The notes: generated by a model not told the origin, from the letters alone. A stretch of DNA of 64,000 nt from Octopus vulgaris (GCA_951406725.2 OX597827.1:992001-1056000), one strand, 5' to 3'; counted from the stretch's first letter, positions 26,451-41,683 are shown. Program-made: numbers and translations.

Positions 26451-27502
26451 GTGTGTGTATGAATGTATGTATGTATATTCTCCATAATTATAAATATTCT
26501 ATTTAATCATAAAGGTATTCAACATACAGACATCACCCGCGTTACGAAAGCAATGCACTTCTAAAAAGCTTGATGTAACATGGAATTCCTTAACGTTAAA
26601 CCCTGTCCCCTTTTCCATTAACTTTCTTTTACCTGAAGGTCAACGAGCATGAAATCAATGGGAATACACTTCTCGCGTTACGGAACTCGCTATTACAGCA
26701 AGATTTTCAAAAACGCAACGTTCGCTAATACAGCCATGCACGCACACACACGCACGCACGCACACGCACACATACGCGCGCGTGCACCCACACACACACA
26801 CAAACTGAAGCAAACACATTTACACAGACATATATAAACTCATACACACATACAATCAAACACACACACATAAACAAACTGAAACACACACAAACATGTA
26901 CATACAAGCACACACCCACACACAAACTTGAAAATAGATTGTCCCGAGGCTCTGAAGAACTTAACAGAAAGTAAGAATCAAGTTATGCTGTCAATAGGTC
27001 GTTGGTATACATTAAATACCAATTTCCGATAGTTGAAAATAGCTGAAGATTGTAGAATAAAATAGTCTTTCAAGGAACTATTGAAACAGCTGCAAGAATT
27101 TCGAATTCACGACTCAAAATTCGATATTCCATTCGTGTCTACGCACAAATACGTCACGTTATTTTAAAACAGCTCCGCTTTAGGTCAAGCGTATAAACGT
27201 CTGTGGGTTGTCGCCCTTAGTGGAAACATAATCTATGATAGTAAAGCTAATTTTGAGGGATGGTGCTCAACTTTGCTTGGTAGGCTTTATCACGAGTGTT
27301 AGACCCAGCACTGGACGGTTGACATCCTTATTTCGGTGGGATGGTCGATTGGAATGGGTGTAGTTGTTTGGATGCTAATGATTTCGCCCGGCTGACTGGA
27401 CTTTCAACTTGCTTTGATGATTGCATGTTTTGGCATTGGAAGAAAACACACACATGCTCGCACGTTCGTAGAAATGTACACATGCATATAGAAAGAGTGA
27501 GG

Positions 27503-27547
<45 letters not shown>

Positions 27548-27653
27548 AGAGAGAAAGTAATTTATTGGACACGATTGACATAGACACTTTCCTTCTCCTC
27601 ATACACATGAAGAGAAATATTCTCACATACACACACAAGCATATTATATATAT

Positions 27654-27762
<109 letters not shown>

Positions 27763-28395
27763 TGAAGGGAGAGAGAGAAAGAAAGAACGTGAGGCAGAGA
27801 ACATAGGGAAGAGAATGAGAGAAACATGACGAGTAAAACATTGAAACGTCTGATGTCAAATAAGGCATCGTCGAATCAGCGACGCCAAATAGTCGGTGCC
27901 CCAATGGCTATGCCAAAAGGTCCCCTACCCTTGTTCCGGGTGGTAGATCTAGGCATAGCATATTATGTCTAAACATGATAGCTTCAAGGCTGATGGAGGC
28001 CTTATACGCCACTGGTCCAACAACGGTTTTCCTGGCCTTAGAATATCTTTAGCGGTTTTCATTCTGTCATCATTATTCGGATCATGCATGGTTGTGCGGC
28101 TATGGCTCTCGCTTTGCAGCCTTGTGGTTGCGGCTCCAATTCTGCTGCGCTGCTCCGTGAGTAAGTGTCTTCTATTATAGCCCCGGCATGACCAACACCT
28201 TGTGAATTAATTTGAGGAAGAGAAACTGTGTGGAAGCTCGTTGTATACATATATACATAGATACACACTCACACACACGCACGCACACACACACATATAT
28301 ATATATATATATACATATACATAGATACATATGTATACATATGCACATGCACACGCACACACACATACACACATATGTATATATATATCAGACGC

Positions 28396-28580
28396 CATGA
28401 TTGATCGTTAGCCACTACACACATTCTTTTCTCTCCTTGTTTTCTATGTCACTTTCTGTAGAAGAGCGTAGGCTCGAAACGTAAAAGACTTTTTCTATTC
28501 CTGAGCGTTAAACTAATACATCTGTTTGTTTTGTACACCACCTGTCTTCATCTTTTGTTGTTTTTTTTCATAAACTCTCA
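28396..28580 (+). mobile_element. Short Penelope-like terminal fragment with minimal hammerhead variant (28452-28487)
   Basis: CTTT-CTGTAGA-A-GAGC GTAG GCTC-GAAAC-GTA-AAAG; flanked by (TA)n. Confidence 0.7.
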
Positions 28581-28804
28581 CTATATATATATATAGTGCC
28601 GAAGATTTCGAAACAGGATGACATGATGTCATGCATGGCTACTATAGCAATAAAGAAGAAGAATTAAGGAATTATATGCAATTATATGCAATATGGGATC
28701 GATAAAAGCCTTCAAGAAAGTGCTCCAGCATGGCTACTGTCAAATGACTGAATCAAGTAAAAGAATAAAAGAACACTTACATGTATACGTATATATAAAT
28801 ATGA

Positions 28805-28866
<62 letters not shown>

Positions 28867-30164
28867 ATCTATCTATCTACCTATCTATCTATCTATCTAT
28901 CTATCTATATTTATGTATCCATATGTATCTATATGTGTGTGTGCGCGCGGGGGTTTGTGTGTCTGTCTACCACTCCATTTAGTAAATGGTAGCAGGCTTG
29001 TTTACACCTCCGTCACCTAACGGTTCAGCAATAAAGACTGATAGAATAAGTAGCAAACGTAAAAACAAACAAAAAAACCGTAAGTCTTAGGGTCGATTTG
29101 TTTGACTAAACCCTTCAAAGTGATTACCCCAGCATGGTCGTTGTCCAATGGCTGAAACGAGCAAGAGATGAAAGACGACAACTGACCTGCAGATCTTCAA
29201 TGTGGTCATCATCTCCATCGTCTTCAGCCGAGGTCAAGGGTACCGCTCCTTAACCAACGCTGATTAACTTATAAGGAAATAAAACCATACGCTTCTGGTG
29301 ATGACGGACTACGAATCTGTTGGCGATCGATGTAAAAGTTCAAGAGAGAAAAATGGAAGGAAAGCGAGACCCAAAAGTTGGCCATTAAGCTTATCTCGCT
29401 CTTAATTCTGTCAAAACCATTTTGCAAATCACAAATATCCTCTCTTCGGTTTGTTTGCTATATTTTCCTTTCAATCTTTCTTTCTTTCCTTTATTTCTTT
29501 TTTTTTTTTTAGTAATTTTCTTCTTCCCTTCTGTTTTCCTTTCCAAAAGCAATATCTACGCCATCGGCTGCTGCTGATTGTGGTAACTAAACACAAACAC
29601 TAAAGAAGAAGTAAAAACCATTGTATAAATACTTTCTGATGAAAACTTAACGACTCTTTCTGTATTTCACTGGGATCTTTTGTCTGTAATATTAGGAAAT
29701 GTCTATTGTTACACTTCCGTATTATTACAGCTCTTCATGTCCAATATCGTTAACAAGACGGTTCTTTATTACTTCTCTCCCCTTCTCTCTTCTTTCTACT
29801 TCTACTCATTCTCTGTCTCTCTCTTTCAAACACCAAGACCAACCTCCATTGGCGTTCTTCCAACGTCGCTATTTACTTTTACTATTTCCCTTGAACTATA
29901 CCTCGTAAAAATAAATAAATAGCCGAATAAAAATACGAATGCTCTTCAAAAATTTTCTCAGAAAGAGAAAAAAAGAAAAAAAAAATTTTTTTCATTGTTT
30001 ATATTTATTTACTTATTTTTGCATTTTGTTTGTTATTTCCTTAGAAAAACATCAAAATGGCATCATTCTGTTTGTATTGGTGGAAAAACATTTTTTCTCT
30101 TAGTTTTTCTTGAAGTATTCATGGTTTTCTATAAGATTTCCTATGAAATAGTTTCTTCCTTGAA

Positions 30165-30390
30165 TCACCATCAGCATCGTCATCATCGTCTCCAACATCA
30201 TCGTCATCATCATCGTCATCATCATCATCATCGTCATCATCATCATCATCATCGTCATCATCATCATCATCATCATCATTATCGTCGACGTCGTCACCGT
30301 CTTCTTCGTTATTGTCATCATTATTATCCTCACACCACCACCACCACTATTACCACCAACACCACCACCATTACCACCACCACCATCACC

Positions 30391-30458
<68 letters not shown>

Positions 30459-30460
30459 CA
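30165..30460. repeat. Compound triplet repeat (CAT)n/(CAC)n/(CAG)n
   Basis: Direct inspection. Confidence 0.92.
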
Positions 30461-30540
30461 ACAAGAACGTGGAGATTGTCATCGTTGCAATTGATGCTGC
30501 CACTTTTACGTGCATATATACATATATATGTGTGTGTGTG

Positions 30541-30586
<46 letters not shown>

Positions 30587-31242
30587 TATATTTATATATT
30601 TACATACATCTGTATTTATGCATACGTATATGTGTATGTATAACTCTACTTATGTGATAAATTCGCATACAGACTCACGAAAAGATGTACACATATATGT
30701 GTCCGTTTGTAGGTGTATATGCATATGCACGTGCGTGTATACTTGTATGTATGTGCGTGTTTAATAGTTTAAAAATATATCTCTACCGTTTTCTTACATG
30801 TGTTTCATGAATAAGACGGATAACTATAAGTAAATGAATAATGACTCAGAGATTATCTGGACAAATATACAAACGACTCAATAGATAAGATTAACAGAAA
30901 CCATGTAGTGCAATATAGTAAATACAGATGTATTAAAAACGGATGGAATCTATATTTTAGCAATGTTGTTAAAGATGAGTAAAAGAAGCGTCACCGTGGC
31001 CTCATTTTTGTTGTTATTATGCAAATTTCTTTTATACACATACACATGCATACAGACAAATACCCATTTCTTCCGATTTTTAAAATTCTATGTGATGAAA
31101 GACTTTATCTGAAACGTCAAGTTTATTTCCCGTCTGTTTAAGCATAAAACTAGTACAATATTTGTCCATTTATTACAACGTTTCCCCTCCCATGTTGCTT
31201 TCTTTGTGTGCCTATTGTCTAATATGTATGTGTGTGCGTGCA

Positions 31243-31291
<49 letters not shown>

Positions 31292-31930
31292 CTAAGTTTT
31301 ACGCTTGATAGAGTTAAGGCAAGATAATTGCCGTGCTGATGACGTATATTGAAACAGAAACAAGTGTTCCCAGCTATCAGCTTGTATTAAGAGAATCAAA
31401 CTGTTTTCCTTTCTGGCATACCAATCCCGGAGGTTATCTCCCCTTCTCATTTTAGAATTGTTCGCAGTTGCCGACAGGCGCTTGGTTACCATCTCTTGAA
31501 GCCAAGATGATCTCATTGAAAACAGAATTTATCTGGAATGTTAATTAATGTATCATTATTCGTCTCTATATTTATGCAATATTCAAGACTTATTACAGGT
31601 GCACAAGCGCTTTTGAAAAGTCTTATGTTTTTATAAACAATTCTTGATTTTAAACTCCATTAGCGAAATCCATCGGTTTCGCTAGAGAGCCTTGAACGCA
31701 TTAATTTTTTCTTCTTTTTTTTGTTGTTATTATGATGGTAGAGATGACACAATATAGACAGATAAATGAATAGATAAATAGAGAGAGAGAGAGGGGGGGG
31801 CGAAGGTGAGATAGAAGAGGAAGTGCTAATTTGAGGTGGTAACAGTAAAAGATGGGAGAAAAAGCAAATTGCACAGACTGAATCGATACAGACGTATAAT
31901 CAATCATACGCGCATGACCACACACAAGCA

Positions 31931-31995
<65 letters not shown>

Positions 31996-32066
31996 TTTTA
32001 TTTTTTTATTTGTTTCAGTCATTTGACTGCGGCCATGCTGGAGCACCGCCTTAAAAAAACACATTG

Positions 32067-32103
<37 letters not shown>

Positions 32104-32540
32104 TATATATTCATATATATCAAATAGGGAGGGATTATCATTCTGAGCAAAATACTTTATAAGCTTTCTGTTGACACCCCAGTCTAACAATATTAGTTAG
32201 ATTAGTGAAGAATCTTTTGATAGGGTTCTAAATTATGGTTCATCACAATTCTATATTGTAAATCCATGGATGAGCTCCATATAGACAGAGTGGTATATAT
32301 AAGAAACAAGTTAATATTTTGGTCATTATTTTTATTGGACCAAATTTGGCTTACAACTGTTTCCTGTAATAATTATAGGTGCGTTACTGATTGGTTTATT
32401 CAATTGGTCTATTGATCAACTGAGGTAAGTTCAACGACCTAAGAAAATTAATGCTAGTTTCGTATATATATATGTGTGTGTGCATGTGTGTGTGTGTGTG
32501 TGTGTGTGTGTTCGTGTGTGTGTGTGTGTGCATGTATGTA

Positions 32541-32572
<32 letters not shown>

Positions 32573-33802
32573 CATGTGTGTATGTGCGTGTAACACATAA
32601 ATATATATATTTATACGTACACATGTATATACGCACATACGTACATATACACGTATACACACATAAACGCATACATATCTACATACATACATATATGTAT
32701 CCAGATACACTCTGAGGATTGTATTAGTTTGTTGTGGCGGTGATGTTGCTGATGTGTGTTAACGGAACATCCGGTGGTGGTTTTTGTAACTGGCGGCAGA
32801 TAATATATTTATCTTACTCAACTGAATTTTTAAAAAATAATAACCTATGATTTAACACATACACCTTACTAAAAGTAATTTCGCAGCCACTAGCATTATC
32901 ATAACAACCAACAACAATGATAAAACAACAGCCGACACAAACGAGAAATAAACGTCGCCACCACCACCACCACCACCACCACCACCATCTGCTATTATCA
33001 TCTCTTTTGTTTTCCCTTCTTTTTGTCTATGGCTTCATTTTTCTTTTCGCTTCACTTTAAGTTATTCCCCTTAGCGTGACACAAAAGATAAGTAGATAGA
33101 AATACACGTCGGTGTGTTAAAACACAAATTGTTAAGAGTCGACTGAGAAGTGAAGTGTAAGGTTTTATGAATGAAAAGATGTCTGTTATTTGAAGAAAGC
33201 CGTTTGTCAGTTGAGTGCTGGAATTTAAAATGAATGTTGTGTAATTTAAAAGAAAAAAATCAAAGATCTACTGAGATCATATTGCATACATTTAAGAAAG
33301 TATCTCTTGTAATATTGCTTCCAAATTTTTTAGGAAAAGGCCAGCAATTTTGAGGGAGGGATAACTCGATTACATCTATTCGAATACTCAATTGGTACTT
33401 AATTTATCGATTTCGAAATGATGGAAGGCAATGTCAACCTCGGTAGAAATTGAACTCAGAACGTAAAAAGGGGCGGAAAGCAAAGCCTGTCAATGGGCAG
33501 AGGAACTCAGTAGAGTCAAGGATTGTTAAACAGCTGAGAGCGAGAAACACTTAATCTTTGTTTAGAAATCTTTCTAGAAGGAGGAAGTTTCGAAATAAGA
33601 CCCGCCTCATTGCGAAACCGGAGATCATGCACTTGCTTTTTCCTGGACTGCTTGGTTTTGTAGGTGAATGTCTTAGCAGTGCTGTGCAAGCTTCTGTTGA
33701 TTCTATTGATTGCTGAGAGCCATTGTCTTTAACACCTCGGACAGAAAATTTGTCAGTGATGGTTATTCATGTTGAGCCACCATGAATGTATGTATGTATG
33801 TA

Positions 33803-34357
33803 TGTCAGGTCACTTTCGAGTGCTACTGGTAACGTGTAACCCAGTACAACCTGTTGCATGGTCGGGTCGTCGGTGACTAAACCGGCAACCCCACCAAGCT
33901 TGCTTGGTCAGGAGGGTGTTTATTGGACACCCTGCGGGATGAAAAACAAAACCCGTCAAAGGGCAGAGGAACTCTTGAGAGTCAACGGCCATCCAAGAAA
34001 TGTCTTAAGGCTGTATCATGCGCGGGAACATAGAAATAATCGGACTGAATACCCGATCACACGGTTAAACCATTGGGAGTGAAGGACTCCTAGCCTTTGT
34101 TAGGGCATCCTTCTAGGAGAAGGTAACTCAGGTAACTGGGATAACTCCGACATAAAACCTGCGGCTCAGTGGTTACCGATGATGTTGACTTGTTCTTCTT
34201 TTCGGATTATGACTGCTGTTGCTGAGTGAGTGAGATTGACTCAGTGCACAGCTTTTCCTCACTTTAAAAAAAATCTTCTTGCACAGGCATTGCACGATAA
34301 CAACATTGATTAAGCTTCATGCAATGGCCATACTCGATAACGAGGGGCAGCCACCAT
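33803..34357 (+). mobile_element. Bipartite non-autonomous RTE derivative (5' UTR fused to 3' end)
   Basis: 5' part is homologous to 12137-12340 and contains the RTE-type motif GGCATCCTTCTAGGAGAAGGTAACTC. 3' end CATACTCGATAACGAGGGGCAGCCACCAT resembles the RTE terminus at 10119-10150. Confidence 0.65.
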
Positions 34358-34394
34358 GTATGTATGTATGTATGTATGTATGTATGTATGTATG

Positions 34395-34622
34395 TATGTA
34401 TGTATGTATGCATGCATGGATGTTATTCTTTTACTCTTTTTAATTTTAGAGGAAATTTTGACTGGCCACCACTTGGTAGCAAAGTTGTGAAGGAAAGTAG
34501 CTTCTTTTAAACATCATCCTTTAAATTTTAAGGTCTTGCAGATTTTTACAGCCCCAGATATCGTGATCATTTGCAGCGTATGAATTAAGAATTTGCATTC
34601 TCTCACCAAGATCCCAAGTTGA
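34395..34622 (-). mobile_element. RLE-type (R4/Dong-like) non-LTR retrotransposon 3' fragment
   Basis: LQMITISGAVKICKTLKFKG, paralogous to the C-terminus at 34830-34900. Confidence 0.65.
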
Positions 34623-34725
34623 ATGTATGTATGTATGTATGTATGTATGTATGTATGTATGTATGTGTGTATGTATGTATGTATGTATGTATGTATGTAT
34701 GTATGTATGTATGTATGTATGTATG

Positions 34726-35677
34726 TTTCATCTATTTTTTGATTATTATAAATCTTCCACTGAGGAGGGAACCGGTTTCCAACAAAGATGCAAGGCTCCA
34801 TCTTTGGGATGTAGTTAACACAAACAAATTCAGATTTGGAACTTGAGAAAAGTCTTGCATATTTTTACTGTTCCATTCACAGATTGCACTTGTAATGCAC
34901 CAATTATCCGGTCGATTTCTCTTTCTGAAAATCTCAGTTTATCCAGATTCTCCTTTAAGCATTTACTAAGAAAACCTAATGCTCCAATTATTATTAGTAT
35001 GAATATGAATTCATAGTCTGGATATAGAGGCTGGAGGTTTCGAAGCAGTTGTCTATAGATATCCTCCTTTACTTTGATTTTCAAAGAGATATTTATATCT
35101 GCAGGGCAGCTGACCTCTATGATGGTACGTAACTTTGCCCCTCTGTCCTAAACAACAATAGCCGGCCTCTTATGTTTATATTTGACAGAAGCTTTGGTAG
35201 GGATATTCCCACAGTATTCCTTGAGTTGGTGTTTATGAATGTATTCCATAACAGAGCGATTTTCTAAGTTTATTTCAGGGCAACAACATCGTGCGGCATA
35301 GGGAGGGAGTACCGTGACGACATTTTCGGACAGTTGCTAATAACATGTGTGATGTCTTCCACAGAAACATGCCATAGCCTACACGTACGGTCGCACCTCG
35401 GGATTACAAGAGCGTCACTGTCTCTCTCTGTTCACCAGGTACTTCGTGGCAATCTCCTGTTCCTGGATTGCAAATGCATAGCCTTCAAAGTGTGATGTGA
35501 TGTAGTGATCTTGTGTTCAAGCGAGGCTACGCTTCCTGTCAATTCCAATGTCTTCTGGGCAACATATCCGTGCATAGTCTTTTTTTTTTTGTATGCTGAG
35601 TGCTTTCCATTCAGGTCTTCTCTGTTTTGGGGCTGTATTGGAGATCATCAGGAAGAGAATGCTTCTTGAGGAACTCA
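34726..35677 (-). mobile_element. RLE-type (R4/Dong-like) non-LTR retrotransposon, 5'-truncated
   Basis: Minus strand: FEGYAFAIQEQEIATKY; zinc knuckle CRLWHVSVEDITHVISNCP...HD; nuclease region RPAIVV...IIEVSCPAD...IIIGALG...GTVKICKTFLKF. Confidence 0.82.
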
Positions 35678-36129
35678 CATACATACATACATACATACAT
35701 ACATACATACATACATACATACATACATACATACATACATACATACATACGTACGTACTACGTAGGTATGTATGTAAGAATGTTTACGTATTTCAGTGGA
35801 TTTATTGATTGTACGAATGCGTATATGTATATGACGAGACAGAACGTCAATAGAAATTTGACATGGTGGAACAAAATGATCTCGGTTCTGGATGGATGGG
35901 TACTCTCAATGCACAAAGGACTCTAAGGTTTTAACGAGGGGCTCAGCATATTATCATAAGCCTCTTCTCGGCCCTCCGGGATTCCAGAGCAATTCACTGG
36001 CTGACCTCCTCCTCTCTTACAAGTCTTGCATGTATATCCAATTGCGTTCGTATGGGGAGGCACAGTTTATCTAGAATTTCCATATATTTGTAGTCTTACG
36101 CATAATTATGTTCAGGTGAGTTTGTACAA

Positions 36130-36975
36130 AGTGCATTCTAGAAACTTTGACACTTTTTCAGGAGAGACATTTATTTCATAGAGGCATAAAACTCTAATCT
36201 TCTGCAAAGTAAGATATTCTGACTACAATTCAATTGCTGTAGCTCTCCAGCCACTTCGTGAAGGCCCCATGGAAGCCCTCAAAAGTGAAGGTGTTCAGGA
36301 CCTTTGTCGCGGCCTCCTTCATCTCCTTCAGCTTGGGGAACAACAAAATGTCACAAGGAGCAAAAGCTGTGCTGTAGAGATGGTTAGAGACAGTTTTGAT
36401 GCTTATGATCAAGTAGTTGATTATCAGGATGGCATTGTGGACTGGTGCGTTGTCTTGGTGCACGGGCTCTGGCCTTTTACATAGAAATCTCTTCCTGAAC
36501 TCGCTCTCAACCTCGACACAGTACTCTTTGCTGATTGTTTGGCTTGAGGGAAACCGGTGGATATAGATGACGCGCTTACTGAGGAAAAAAGGAATCATCA
36601 TGAGCTGCCCGAGGAATTTACTTTGCCTGGTTTCCTGTGCCAGAGAACAATAGATGCTCGACTCATACAAATTGATCCATAGGCAATTTGGAGTATTTTG
36701 TAAGTTTTTGTAGCGTTTTTGCCCAGTTCAACGCAAGACTTTTACACACAGCAATCATCCAAATTGTCTTCATGTCCCGACTGCTTTCTGCTAGCAGTGT
36801 TTAGTAAGTTTCGTCCAGATTGCTGCTACAGCCGTTTCCTTCAATCTGGAATAACGAATATTAGTAGGTCAGCTTATTAGATGGGTAGTAATGATGTGCT
36901 CTACTAAAATTGCAATAATATAGGACTGTTATGACTGCCTCTCCTTAAAAGAAGTCTCAAAACTTCCGGAATGCA
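36130..36975 (-). mobile_element. Mariner-like transposon remnant
   Basis: ORF 36230-36670 contains HQDNAPVH and YSTAFAPCDILLFPKLKE (decayed YSPDLAPxD). Confidence 0.85.
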
Positions 36976-37107
36976 GCTCGTGCGTAGGAGAGTTCAAATA
37001 TTTGTAGATGCGTTCAAGTATCTGTGTGTTTGCACTTGTTTGCACGGGTAAAAGTGCATTTTTTTTATTTATGTGAGCACGCGTGTGTATTCGTGTATGC
37101 GTTTACT

Positions 37108-37158
<51 letters not shown>

Positions 37159-37161
<3 letters not shown>

Positions 37162-37466
37162 CGTGATCACTGTGACCGACCAGACTATCAGATGTTGCTA
37201 CACATCGCTGGTCACAATGCGCTTCGCACTGTTTTAGACAAAAAATGACGCCACCCCGCTGGCCAAGCGAGCAGGCCAACAGAAGAAAGAGTGAGAGAAA
37301 GAGTGGTGAAAGAGTACAGCAGGGATCGCCACCCCACCCCCTGCCGGAGCTTCGTGGAGCTTTAGGTGTTTTCACTCAATAAACACTCACAACGCCCGGT
37401 CTGGGAATCGAAACCGCGATCCTACAATCGCGAATACGCTGCCCGAATCACTGGGCCATTGCGCCT

Positions 37467-37470
<4 letters not shown>
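37159..37470 (-). mobile_element. SINE family C
   Basis: Reverse copy of 48663-48980, including the GTCACAGTGATCACG tail. Confidence 0.88.
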
Positions 37471-37506
<36 letters not shown>

Positions 37507-37959
37507 GCATGTATGTATGTATGAATGTATGTGTATGTGTATTTATGTATGCGTTTCCGTGCGTATGCGCGTGTATTTGTATAAACGTATGTATGTATGC
37601 GAGCATGTATTTGCGTGTGTGTATGTGTGTGTGTGTGTGTTTGTGTGTATTTGCGCTTGTGAGCACGCGCGTGTCAGCGTGTGCATATATTCGTGTTTGC
37701 GTTCGTTTCGTGTACATATGCTTGTGCAATTGTGTGTGCGTGTGTATTTGTGCGTGTATGTTATGTATTTAAAGTGTGTTGTTGTTGTTGTCGATGTTGC
37801 TGTTGTTGTAGTTTTTGCGTATTTTTGGTCAATGACTGCAATTAGAAGAGACATTAAAAGTAAGACAATAAACTCTCTCCACAAACTGACAACAACAATA
37901 TCATCATCATCATCATCATCACCTGCGGCAGCAGCAGCGGCAGCAGTAGCAGCAGCAGC

Positions 37960-38018
<59 letters not shown>

Positions 38019-39554
38019 CAATGATCTGTTTTAGGTTTCATGTTTTATGTTGGCCAATCCAGTCTTGTTTTCAAAACTAAAGCAATAACAATAAAGAAGG
38101 GAATAAATAACATATAAAAGACGAGAAAAAAACATAAACAACACTTATTCACCACGACGACGACGGCGACAACTCCCCCACCACCACCACCACGGCTACA
38201 ATTCACTGGAACCAGTGTGGATATTTTGACGTGGTCATTCGATCTACAATCTATGGTTGCCAGATCTCATTCACAATCACACACTCTACTGTCTGGGAAC
38301 GAAAGGACATATTGGAGAATGTAGTCCTAGGTGGTCATGGACGACATAAACGCTTTTCCCCTCTCTTCACACACACACGCGAAGAGAAATATGCTCACAC
38401 AAATCAATAGAGAGAGAGGGGGGAGAGGTAGGGAGAGAAAGAGAGAGGAAGATGAGAAAGAAAGCGAGAGGTGAAGGAGAAAACGAGAGAACGAGAGGGA
38501 CATTAAAATGTCTGAGGTCAAATAAGTCAGCGTCCGATCAACGACGCCAAATAAGCGGCATTAAAGCGACTCTGTTAAAACGTTTCAGACCCATTCAGTT
38601 ATCCTTAGACTAGAATCTTGATCTCAGTTTTTGCAATAAGGGTGGATTGCCAATAACAGGGATCTTAAACGGAACAAAAGATTAGATCTACATCGCAGAA
38701 ACAACTGCAGCCTAACAGACAAGCTTTGCTTTAGTCCTTGTTTTCCCAGTTTCTGCTCCTAGCTTTGGTTCAACTCTTGATTATAGGGAATACCTCGGGG
38801 GACTTGCATTGTAAAGTTGAATCTGTAATCGCGAGAAAGGGAAGTGAACTGCTTGTGTTTCTCTTTCATTTTTGTTGTTCATTCAAGGAAGATGAATGTC
38901 CAGGCTCCCTCTTTGGGTCAGGCTAGAGATATTTAGTCACTGGTACTACTAGTGGTGGTGATGCTGATGGCAATATTGTAGTTCTTGCTTACCCCTAGGT
39001 CAATCCCACATCTACAAACTGAAGACCAGAAGCGCTCAATCAATGAATCCTTTTATGGAGGTATAGAGCGCCCAGATCGATATTACTTTGTCAATCAATC
39101 TTCTTTTCAAGATGATTTGGCTGCTATTTCTAGTTTGCTATACACTTGTGTCATTCATACTCACGCTAAACGATTGCTACCTTCCCCTACTGCATTCTTT
39201 AAAGGCAACCTAAATTCTTATAAATGTAACTTGTTGCTCACAATATATTCACTCAGTCTGAAGAATCACGAGATAAAACCTGTCTGGCGCTTAGCTTTGT
39301 TGAATATATTCCGTCCAAACCCGAAAATGAATATGACTCGACATACGGTACCGTGGATTTATTTTCTTAACGGTAATCTTCGATCATAGTACATAAACCC
39401 TTCCTCCATATATATACATACTCACGCACGCACATAAGCACACACATATATGTATACATACATATATAAATATACTCATATCCAATACACACATACACAT
39501 GCTAACACACACACACACACGCATATATATATATAAATATATGTTATATTTATA

Positions 39555-39688
39555 GGCGCATGAATGGCTGTGTGGTAAGTAGCTTGCTTACCAACCACAT
39601 GGTTCCGGGTTCATTCCCACTGTCTGGTACCTTGGGCAAGTGTCCTCTACTATAGCCTTGTGAGTGTAAGAAGCCCGTCGTATATATG

Positions 39689-39725
<37 letters not shown>

Positions 39726-39929
39726 TTGTGTGTCTACGTTTGTTCCCCCCAACATCGCTTGACAACCGATGCTGGTGTGTTTTATGTCCCCGTAACTTAG
39801 CGGTTCGGCCAAAGTGACCGATGGAATAAGTAACTAGGCTTACAAAGAATAAGTCCTGGGGTCGATTTGCACGACTGAAGGCGGTGCTCCAGCATGGGCG
39901 CAGTCAAATGAGTGAAACAAGTAAAAGAG
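39555..39929 (+). mobile_element. SINE family A
   Basis: GGCGCATGAATGGCTGTGTGGTAAG...GAAACAAGTAAAAGAG. Confidence 0.88.
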
Positions 39930-39931
39930 TA

Positions 39932-40165
39932 CAGGTTTGGCCAAAAGTCACCCGACAGTAAATCAAAATTCTATAAATACTCAATTTTATTTATTCATCG
40001 TAATTATGAATGTCTGATAATTGAATGCTGTCAGTTAAAATCAGTTGTTTTGTTTTGCAACATTTGTCTATTTATTAACGAAGTCTCGTATAAAATAATT
40101 TTTTGCTTTAATCTTGGAATTAAATGGGTTTTGATTTACTGTCACATGACTTTGGGCCAACCCTG
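39932..40165. mobile_element. Tc1/mariner-type MITE
   Basis: TIRs CAGGTTTGGCCAAAAGTCACCCGACAGTAAATCAAAA / TTTTGATTTACTGTCACATGACTTTGGGCCAACCCTG, with TA on both sides. Confidence 0.85.
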
Positions 40166-41583
40166 TATAATGTATTCGTATAAATCCTTAAATCCTTAAA
40201 AATGTTTTAGCCCGAAGGCCGCGGCCATGCTGGGGCACCACCGCTGGTATGTATGGTAAATATATCTTTATATGTACATGTATATATGTTTGTATATGTG
40301 TTTGTGTGTGTGTGCGTGTATGTGAGTGTATATATATATATATATATAGATATATATATATATATACACACACGCATATATGTATGTATGTTTAAATATG
40401 TAGATATGTATATATGTATATGTATGTGTGTAAATATTAAAGAAAGAGAGAACGAGAGAATGTATGAGTGCTTGTGTGATAGAAAGGAAGAGAAAGAAAG
40501 AGAGAGAGAGAAAGAAAGAAAGAGAGAGAAAGAAAGAGAAAGAGAGAGAAAGGAAGAGAATCGACATTAAATGGTTGGAAGAATGGCGTAAAAGAGAGCC
40601 GGAGAGATAAGGAAACTATTATTTTGTTGGCTCTTTTGAGGTAAACAGCGTCAGTTTGTGGCTGTCGTAATCTGGTTGCTCGCTTCTACTGATTAGAGTT
40701 AACTTTAAACCGGATTAGGTTGTTATGGTCTCTTTTGCTATTGCTGCTATAACTGCTTTAATACCTTACTGAAGCCACACACACACACACACATACATTC
40801 CTAAATATAACATATATATATATGTATATATATATATGTGTGTATGTGTGTGTGTGTATGTACATATGCATATATATACACACACATGTATATATATATA
40901 TATATGAATATAAAAATATTTATATATGTGGATATATGTAGGTATATGTTTATGTATAGCTATGAATATATATGTGTATACATACGTGTGTGTGCTTGCG
41001 CGTGTGTGAAGCATGTATATGTACACTCGCATGCATGCATGCATACATACATATATATACACACACATGCATACATACATACATACATACATACATACGT
41101 ACATACATACATACATAACCCATGCATACGTGTCAGCATGCCAACTTGTGTACCGACATGCATGCATACATTCGTACATGATATTTTTAAAGAACGTACA
41201 TACTCACACAGATGCACATGTATACATAAGTATATCCATACATATACATAAATAAACGCAGCCAAACATTCATGCATATATGTACATATGCACATGTCTG
41301 TGCCCATGTTCATATGCACATACATACGCACACGCATACATAAATGTATACGTACATGCATACATGCGTAAATACATACATACATTCATTCAGGCATACA
41401 TACATGCATGCAATAATACGTACATACATAATACATACATACATATATACATGCATGCATACATACATATATACGTGCATACATACATGCATACATACAT
41501 ACGTACATACATACATGCATACATACATATATAAACAAAAATATTCCCCGATATATATATATAAATATATGTATATATATATG

Positions 41584-41683
<100 letters not shown>

